DNA of 64,000 nt, taken from the NCBI GenBank assembly GCA_028704555.1, contig JAQWFD010000007.1, positions 10,764 to 74,763 on the forward strand, in the 5' to 3' direction. The notes below the pieces were generated by a model. The model saw only the letters and a program-made list of their open reading frames with translations, was not told the DNA's origin and ran no database searches. Shown piece by piece: positions 58,050 to 64,000 of this stretch. This DNA is from Desulfobacterales bacterium. GTDB taxonomy: Bacteria; Desulfobacterota; Desulfobacteria; Desulfobacterales; JAQWFD01. Each line of letters starts with the position of its first letter. Positions within the stretch are counted from its first letter, which is position 1. The position numbers and the translations under genes are program-made.

Positions 58050-59030
58050 GTGATTGTTGAAGAATTAACCCGACGGGTTGAGGAAAAACATGCGCTGGTC
58101 AACAGCATTAAAAGCGAAATCCGGAAGGTGCTGGTCGGGCAGTCAGCCTTGATTGACGGGCTTTTGATCGGCTTGTTTACCAAGGGGCATGTGCTGATTG
58201 AGGGGGTTCCGGGTCTGGCCAAAACCAGCGCGGTAATGGCGCTGGCCAATACGGTCCAGGCCGGTTTCAAGCGGATTCAGTTTACCCCGGATCTGCTTCC
58301 GGCCGATTTGATCGGAACGGAGGTTTTCCGTCCCAAAACCGCTGATTTTGTCATCAAAAAAGGACCGGTGTTCAACAATATCATTCTTGCTGACGAAATC
58401 AACCGGGCCCCGTCCAAAGTACAATCCGCACTGCTGGAAGCCATGCAGGAGCGGCAGGTGACCATCGGTGACCATACGTTTCCGCTTCCGGATCCGTTTC
58501 TCGTTCTGGCCACCCAGAATCCAATCGAGCAGGAAGGTACCTATCCGCTTCCCGAAGCACAGGTGGACCGGTTCATGCTCAAGATTCTGATCGATTACCC
58601 GGATAAAAGCGAAGAAAAAGAGATCATGAAGCGGGTCGGGTTTGATGCCCCGTCAGAAGTCCGGCAGATGATCACGCATGAACAGGTCAACGAAATTGCT
58701 TCCCTGATCAAAGAAATCTACATGGATGAAAAGCTCAAAGACTATATCGTGGATCTGGTGTTTGCCACCCGGAATCCTAAAGACTATAACATTGATATCG
58801 CCGAATATATCCAGTTCGGCGCTTCCCCCCGGGCGACGATTTTTCTGAGCCTGGCTGCCCGGGCCTATGCGTTTTTGCAGGGAAGGGCGTACGTGACGCC
58901 GCAGGATATAAAAACCGTGGCTCCGGATGTCCTGCGGCATCGGATTATTCTGACCTATGAGGCGGAGGCCGAAGATATTACCACGGAGCAGATTATCGGC
59001 CATGTGTTTGATTCTGTTGAAGTGCCCTGA
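58050..59030 (+). CDS. MoxR-family AAA+ ATPase
   Basis: GTG start. GHVLIEGVPGLAKT (Walker A), ILADEINRAPSKVQSALLEAMQE (Walker B/sensor), LATQNPIEQEGTYPLPEAQVDRF. Confidence 0.9.
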   Translation: MIVEELTRRVEEKHALVNSIKSEIRKVLVGQSALIDGLLIGLFTKGHVLIEGVPGLAKTSAVMALANTVQAGFKRIQFTPDLLPADLIGTEVFRPKTADFVIKKGPVFNNIILADEINRAPSKVQSALLEAMQERQVTIGDHTFPLPDPFLVLATQNPIEQEGTYPLPEAQVDRFMLKILIDYPDKSEEKEIMKRVGFDAPSEVRQMITHEQVNEIASLIKEIYMDEKLKDYIVDLVFATRNPKDYNIDIAEYIQFGASPRATIFLSLAARAYAFLQGRAYVTPQDIKTVAPDVLRHRIILTYEAEAEDITTEQIIGHVFDSVEVP

Positions 59031-59039
59031 TCCCGGGAA

Positions 59040-59915
59040 TTGAATATGCTTGATCCGGAATTTATAAAAAAAATTAAAAAAATGCACATTAAAACGGGCC
59101 GGATGGTCAATACCATGATGGCCGGTCAATACCGCTCGGTGTTCAGGGGCTCGGGTATCGAATTTGAGGAAGTGCGGGAATATTCCCCCGGCGATGATGT
59201 CAAGAGCATCGACTGGAAAGTCTCTGCACGGATGGGACGCCCGTATGTCAAACTCTACCGTGAGGAACGTGAACTGGTGGTGATGCTTCTGGTGGATATG
59301 AGTGCATCCGGAAGTTTTGGAACCACCGGTAGTATCAAACGGGAAGCTGCTGCGGAAATTGCCGGTGTCCTGGCCTTTAATGCCATAAAGAATAATGATA
59401 AGGTCGGCGCCGTTTTATTTACCGACCGGGTTGAAAAATATATCCCTCCGAAAAAAGGCTCGGCCCATGTCTGGCGGGTGATCAGGGAAATTTTTTCGTT
59501 TGAGCCTCAACACCGGCAGACCGACATCCAGAGCGCGGTCCGGTATCTGGGCAGAGTGTGCCGCAAAAAAACCGTATCATTTCTGATATCCGATTTTCTG
59601 TCCCCTGAATATATTCGCCAGTTGAAAATTGTGTCCAAAAAACATGAACTCATCGGAATCGTGCTTTCCGATCCCGGTGAATTCAGGCTTCCCGAAGCCG
59701 GAATTCTTTCTGTGGAGGATCTTGAAACCGGAGGGACGGCGATGCTGGATGCTTCCGATGCCAACACGCGCAAGTTGTTTGCGCAGCAGACCATCTGCGC
59801 GTACCGAACGAATCTGGACAGGCTCAAATCGGCAGATATTGATTACGTGGAGATCAGCACCTCGGACCATGTGGTGGACCCGTTGCTCCGATATTTCCGG
59901 GCAAGGGGAAAATGA
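59040..59915 (+). CDS. DUF58 (vWA-like) protein, MoxR partner
   Basis: GIEFEEVREYSPGDDVKSIDWKVSARMGRPYVKLYREERE and LLVDMSASG. Confidence 0.85.
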   Translation: MNMLDPEFIKKIKKMHIKTGRMVNTMMAGQYRSVFRGSGIEFEEVREYSPGDDVKSIDWKVSARMGRPYVKLYREERELVVMLLVDMSASGSFGTTGSIKREAAAEIAGVLAFNAIKNNDKVGAVLFTDRVEKYIPPKKGSAHVWRVIREIFSFEPQHRQTDIQSAVRYLGRVCRKKTVSFLISDFLSPEYIRQLKIVSKKHELIGIVLSDPGEFRLPEAGILSVEDLETGGTAMLDASDANTRKLFAQQTICAYRTNLDRLKSADIDYVEISTSDHVVDPLLRYFRARGK

Positions 59916-59948
59916 TAAAAAAGCAACCCAGACAACTCAAAGATCCCG

Positions 59949-60635
59949 ATGAACTCAAAGAACCCCATAACCCTGATAATGATCCTGATGGTCATGCTTG
60001 GCAGCCTGGCTGCAGCCGCGGCGGAACCCGCTGTTGATCCGGCGATCGATCCGGCTGCCATATCTCAAAGCAACGCTTTAACAGATCAGGCACAATCATC
60101 TGATATATATGATATAAAACCGATAGAGAAAATTGGATTTAATTCGGACTATATTCGATATACGGTTTATGCCGCCCTTGCGATTGCGGGCCTTGCCCTG
60201 ATCTCAGCCGTGTTGATTTTCTGGAATAAATGGCGCCGGAAGCCGGTTCAGGATGTTGTCGCACACCTTTGCCCGAAGGAGGAAGCGTTTCAGCTGCTGG
60301 ATCAGGCCGCTGATCTGATGAATACGGACGGACGGCAGTTTTATTTTCAGCTGTCCATGATACTGAGGGGCTATATTGATAAAAGATTTGATATCGATGC
60401 GGTTGAAATGACGACAGAAGAACTCATTCCCTGCATCGTTCAGTTGCGTCTTGACACGGACCTGCAGCGCGGGGTGAAGGAATTTTTCAACGCGAGTGAC
60501 CCCGTAAAGTTTGCCGGTTTTACACCGGATCGGCTCTTGATGGCAGCGCATCTTGAATTTGTAAAAAACTTTGTGAAAGCGACAGCCCCCGCGGACTTAG
60601 AGGACAGTGGCCAACCCTTAACCCTTAACCAATAA
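59949..60635 (+). CDS. DUF4381-like membrane protein of Bat operons
   Basis: Position between DUF58 and BatA, one central TM helix followed by WRRKP..A...L, and a C-terminal DPVKFAG motif. The last codons are encoded by CCCTTAA heptamer repeats. Confidence 0.6.
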   Translation: MNSKNPITLIMILMVMLGSLAAAAAEPAVDPAIDPAAISQSNALTDQAQSSDIYDIKPIEKIGFNSDYIRYTVYAALAIAGLALISAVLIFWNKWRRKPVQDVVAHLCPKEEAFQLLDQAADLMNTDGRQFYFQLSMILRGYIDKRFDIDAVEMTTEELIPCIVQLRLDTDLQRGVKEFFNASDPVKFAGFTPDRLLMAAHLEFVKNFVKATAPADLEDSGQPLTLNQ

Positions 60636-60644
60636 CAGATAACC

Positions 60645-61643
60645 ATGTTCCAATTTGCTTCACCCTATTTTTTCCTGTGCCTTCTGGCCATTCCGGTATC
60701 GCTGTATGTGCGCCGGAAGCGGCCGGGGCATCCACGGATGCGGATTTCAAGTCTTTTGCAGGCAAAGGAAATCCGGCCTTCTGGCGTGCTGAAGTTCCAA
60801 TGGATCGTGCCATTTTTGAAATATGCCGCCCTGGTGCTGATGATTGTGGCGATTGCCAGGCCCCAGTGGGGGACCCGGCAGCTCAGCGTGAAAACCGAGG
60901 GGATTAATATCATACTGGCGGTCGACCTTTCCGAGAGCATGGCAGCGCTGGATTTTAAGCGAAAAGGGGAGATCGTCAACCGCCTGGAAGCGGTCAAAGG
61001 GGTTGTGGAGGACTTTGTCGGCAAGCGAAACGGTGACCGTATCGGCATGGTTGTATTCGGGTCCAATGCCTATACGCAACTGCCCCTGACCCGCGATTAC
61101 ACCACCATCGTATCGATTCTGGAACGGTTGAAGATCGGTGCGGCAGGCAAGGCCACCGCTATCGGGGATGCCCTTGGGATCTCCCTCAAGCGTCTGGAGG
61201 ATATCCCGGGCAAATCCAATGTCATTATTCTCCTGACCGACGGACAGAGCAATACCGGGGAGCTGTCTCCGCAGACGGCCGCTGAAATTGCCGTTCAAAA
61301 ATCGGTTAAAGTGTATACCATCGGCGTCGGCAGCCGGGGAAGGGCTCCTTTTCTGATCAATCATCCCGTCTTTGGCGAGCGCTACGTGTATCAGCAGGTC
61401 GATATTGATGAAGATACATTGAAAGATATCGCATCGAAAACCGATGGCCTGTATTTCCGGGCTGAAAATACCGAAGGGCTTGAGCAGATTTATGATACGA
61501 TTGACCAGTTGGAAAAAACCGAGGTAACGGTCAAAACCTTTGCAGAATACCGGGAGCTTTACTTCTGGTTTCTGCTCACGGGCGTCTGCCTGCTCATGCT
61601 CCGGATGGTGCTGACCCATACGCGATTTTTGAGGATACCATGA
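60645..61643 (+). CDS. batA: VWA-domain membrane protein BatA
   Basis: N-terminal TM helices, MIDAS motif ILAVDLSESM, LLTDGQSNTG and a C-terminal TM helix. Confidence 0.8.
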   Translation: MFQFASPYFFLCLLAIPVSLYVRRKRPGHPRMRISSLLQAKEIRPSGVLKFQWIVPFLKYAALVLMIVAIARPQWGTRQLSVKTEGINIILAVDLSESMAALDFKRKGEIVNRLEAVKGVVEDFVGKRNGDRIGMVVFGSNAYTQLPLTRDYTTIVSILERLKIGAAGKATAIGDALGISLKRLEDIPGKSNVIILLTDGQSNTGELSPQTAAEIAVQKSVKVYTIGVGSRGRAPFLINHPVFGERYVYQQVDIDEDTLKDIASKTDGLYFRAENTEGLEQIYDTIDQLEKTEVTVKTFAEYRELYFWFLLTGVCLLMLRMVLTHTRFLRIP

Positions 61644-63511
61644 AATTTGTAAGAATCGAGATGCTGTTTCTGATATGGGTGGTGCCGGTGCTGCTGCTGG
61701 TCTGTATCCTGGGCATGAGAAAACGCAGGGCTGTGTTATCGAAATTTTCATCATTAAAGGGGTTAAGCTGCATTGTTCCGGATGCCGCCGGAAAACGGCG
61801 ATGGGTTAAAACGTTTCTGATGCTCTGCGTGGTGATGTTTGCGTCCGTTGCCCTGTCAGGTCCCCAATACGGCTATAAATGGCAGGAGATCGAACGCAAG
61901 GGGATCGATATCATTATCGCGCTGGACTGCTCCCGAAGCATGCTGGCCGATGACATCAAGCCCACCCGTCTGGACCGGGCCAAGCGCGAGGTGTTTGATC
62001 TTCTCAACATGCTCAGGGGAGACCGTGTGGGGCTGGTCGCGTTTGCCGGCACCGCATTTCTCCAGTGTCCCCTTACGCTCGATTACGAAGCGTTCAACCT
62101 GTTTTTAAATACCCTGACGCCGGATTTTCTGCCGATCGGGGGAACGGATCTGCCGGCGGCGCTTGATACGGCCAGCGCGGCCTTTAATACACAGGATCGC
62201 TCGGAAAAGGCGATCCTCCTGATTACCGATGGTGAAAGCACTGGGGAAAACCCTGAAGAGACCGCGCAGCGGTTGAAAAAAGCCGGCGTGAAGCTGTTTT
62301 GTGTCGGAGTGGGCAAACCCGAAGGCGTTCCGGTGCCGGACCCGAAAGGCGGGTTCAAAAAAGATGCATCGGGCAGCATCGTATTGACGCGGCTGGATGA
62401 AAAGACGCTGCAAACCCTATCTGTTCTGACCGGAGGAGCCTATGTCCGCTCGGTTGCCGGCGATATGGATCTGGATGTAATTTATTCCAGGGAAATTCGG
62501 GGAAAAATGGAAGCCTCCACGGTATCGGGCGGAAGAAAACAAGTCTGGGAAGACCGTTACCAGTGGCCCCTGGCCCTGGCGATCATCGCATTTATCATAG
62601 AGCTGTTTCTTCCCTCAGTCCGCGCCGGGGTGGCGATAGTTGTCATGGGTATGGTCTTGCTCAATGGGCCTGTCGCTGAAGCGCAGAGCCTGAACCGGAG
62701 TCTGCAAAACGGTGTTAAAGCCTATGAAACCGGTGAATACGAAACCGCGTTAAAACAATTTATAGATGCCCAGCTCAAAGCCCCGGACCGTCCCGAGCTC
62801 TATTATAATATCGGCAATACCTATTACCGGATCGATGACTTTGAATCGGCCGGGCAGAATTACAAACAGGCCCTGAGCAGTGAAAACCCTCAGATCCGGC
62901 AAAAGGCGTATTATAATCTCGGAAATGTGCAATATCGAACCGGGAACTACCCGGAGGCCGTATCCTCTTATGAACAGGCGCTGAAACTGGACCCGAACGA
63001 TGAACAGGCCAGTGCCAATATGCAATTTGTCAAAAAAGTCATGCAGCAGCAGAAAGAGCAGAAGTCGCCACCCGGATCGAATGATGGCAGCAAACAGAAA
63101 AAAAAGGAGGGTGATGCTTCCGAAAATCCGGATCGGGGCGCCGGGGATAAACCGCAGGAAGGACAGCCATCCGGTGATAAGGAAAATTCATCAGATAAGA
63201 AAAATACATCCGGCTCCGGTCAGCAGCAGAATGAAAATGAGCAGGATGTCCCGGATTACGGCAGCCGCATGAATGATGACCGGAAACCCGAGCCTCAGAG
63301 CAAAGCCGGTCCCGCCGGCAGGCCGGATGATAAAACCGGTGACGACCGGCAGCAGTCTTCCGGCCAGGGCACCGCGGCACAAGCCCGTGATGCAAAGGAA
63401 GACCCGAACGAAAACGGGCAGGCTGAGCGCCTGCTCAACCGGCTCAAGGACATGCCGGGAAAAGCCATGGTGCCGATTTACCAGAAGCGCCAAGTGGAAA
63501 AGGACTGGTGA
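61640..63511 (+). CDS. batB: VWA plus TPR protein BatB (BatB/BatC-like fusion) with acidic low-complexity tail
   Basis: MIDAS motif IIALDCSRSM, LITDGESTG, TPR repeats (YYNIGNTYYRIDDFESAGQNYKQAL, YYNLGNVQYRTGNYPEAVSSYEQALKLDP) and a K/E/D/Q-rich tail. Confidence 0.8.
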   Translation: MKFVRIEMLFLIWVVPVLLLVCILGMRKRRAVLSKFSSLKGLSCIVPDAAGKRRWVKTFLMLCVVMFASVALSGPQYGYKWQEIERKGIDIIIALDCSRSMLADDIKPTRLDRAKREVFDLLNMLRGDRVGLVAFAGTAFLQCPLTLDYEAFNLFLNTLTPDFLPIGGTDLPAALDTASAAFNTQDRSEKAILLITDGESTGENPEETAQRLKKAGVKLFCVGVGKPEGVPVPDPKGGFKKDASGSIVLTRLDEKTLQTLSVLTGGAYVRSVAGDMDLDVIYSREIRGKMEASTVSGGRKQVWEDRYQWPLALAIIAFIIELFLPSVRAGVAIVVMGMVLLNGPVAEAQSLNRSLQNGVKAYETGEYETALKQFIDAQLKAPDRPELYYNIGNTYYRIDDFESAGQNYKQALSSENPQIRQKAYYNLGNVQYRTGNYPEAVSSYEQALKLDPNDEQASANMQFVKKVMQQQKEQKSPPGSNDGSKQKKKEGDASENPDRGAGDKPQEGQPSGDKENSSDKKNTSGSGQQQNENEQDVPDYGSRMNDDRKPEPQSKAGPAGRPDDKTGDDRQQSSGQGTAAQARDAKEDPNENGQAERLLNRLKDMPGKAMVPIYQKRQVEKDW

Positions 63512-63517
63512 TGGACA

Positions 63518-63541
63518 GTCGTGAGTCGTGAGTCGTGAGTC
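63518..63541. repeat. (GTCGTGA)x3 heptamer repeat
   Basis: GTCGTGAGTCGTGAGTCGTGAGTC begins 7 nt after the batB TGA. Confidence 0.85.
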
Positions 63542-63620
63542 AAGGGATACGAGAAGGTGTTAGAAGTGGGAGCAGTTAATCAGAACAGCCGTATGGCGCG
63601 GCCCCCCGTGTCCGACCTTT

Positions 63621-63700
63621 TTGCTTTTTAGCATTTATCTTTTGCCTCAAACGAAGTGCTCCTCAAGCGATAGCGCTCCTCAATCCGTCCGCAGGGCGCT
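63621..63700 (+). repeat. dispersed repeat family 2, copy 3
   Basis: TTGCTTTTTAGCATTTATCTTTTGCCTCAAACGAAGTGCTCCTCAAGCGATAGCGCTCCTCAATCCGTCCGCAGGGCGCT. It ends 25 nt before the batD ATG. Confidence 0.75.
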
Positions 63701-63725
63701 TCTTTTTCATTGTTTTGGAAACGAT

Positions 63726-64000
63726 ATGATAAAACATGTGGTAAAATTTATATTGATGCTATGGGTACTGATGGTGCCGGCGATGGCGTTGGGGCTGGAT
63801 ATTCAGGCCGATGTGAACCGGACGAAGATCACGGTGAATGAATCTGTTGAGCTGACCGTTACGTTGAGCGGGGGTGAAGGGATCGTGGATACGTCTCCTA
63901 TCAAAGATTTTCGGGTTGTGTCTCAGGGCACCAGCACCCGCATTCAGATTCTCAATAATCATGTCCGTAAAGAACTTACTTATAACTTCAGACTGGTTCC
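63726..64000 (+). CDS. batD: BatD-like oxygen-tolerance protein, N-terminal part (partial, runs off window end)
   Basis: Not in the ORF track because it has no stop in the window. My translation reads MIKHVVKFILMLWVLMVPAMALGLDIQADVNRTKITVNESVELTVTLSGGEG...RVVSQGTSTRIQILNN, giving a signal peptide plus the BatD N-terminal pattern. The operon position also fits. Confidence 0.6.
   Translation, partial: MIKHVVKFILMLWVLMVPAMALGLDIQADVNRTKITVNESVELTVTLSGGEGIVDTSPIKDFRVVSQGTSTRIQILNNHVRKELTYNFRLV

Noticed and set aside
60747-61754. 335-aa minus-strand ORF opposite batA.
   Set aside because: It is a shadow ORF. The plus-strand frame has VWA MIDAS motifs and correct operon context, and the antisense product is low-complexity and Pro/Gly/Arg-rich.

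Overview
The window reads as ordinary chromosomal DNA from an anaerobic bacterium, probably a Desulfobacterota-type sulfate reducer (inference from gene content only). All homology calls come from my own reading of the translations. No searches were run. I support about 50 protein genes and 2 tRNAs. In order they are: a partial PutA-like proline dehydrogenase that is missing from the ORF track because it runs off the window edge; a trehalose/glycogen cluster (malQ, treY, GH57, treZ, treT-type GT4 with a coupled small protein, glgA); a hybrid histidine kinase; a four-subunit 2-oxoacid:ferredoxin oxidoreductase; an octaheme HAO-family cytochrome c; an AEC transporter; a CarS-like/metallophosphoesterase fusion; a response regulator; TolC; glnS; a THUMP methyltransferase; a ferredoxin-nitroreductase; an ArsB/NhaD permease; tRNA-Leu(CAG); an AT-rich single-gene island; a cold-shock protein; an M24 peptidase; an aminotransferase; a NodC/HasA-like GT2 synthase; a GNAT-deacetylase fusion; tRNA-Ala(CGC); a ferredoxin; a PAS kinase; a DUF4197 protein; a thioredoxin-fold protein; CBS, cNMP-binding, RluA, MarC and ferritin-like proteins; an amino-acid ABC importer operon with a GlcD-like oxidase and an aminotransferase; and a MoxR/DUF58/DUF4381/BatA/BatB/BatD aerotolerance operon. 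I saw no CRISPR array, transposase, integrase or recognisable defence system. The unusual signals are mostly outside standard gene calls. (1) An in-frame UGA with a SECIS-like hairpin turns the 150-aa thioredoxin-fold ORF into a 188-aa UxxC selenoprotein. (2) A MITE-like element with about 25-bp terminal inverted repeats and 8-bp target duplications is present in 5 copies. (3) A second dispersed repeat of about 70-80 bp has 3 copies, each pointing into a downstream gene. (4) Many intergenic spacers are built almost entirely from 7-nt tandem units, with an apparent polarity: GGG-containing units after stops, CCC-containing or GACTCAC units before starts. Two of these runs are canonical G3N4 quadruplex motifs. 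(5) A sharply AT-rich one-gene insertion near tRNA-Leu truncates a MITE copy. (6) There are two unusual domain fusions, CarS-like plus phosphoesterase and GNAT plus HDAC-type deacetylase.
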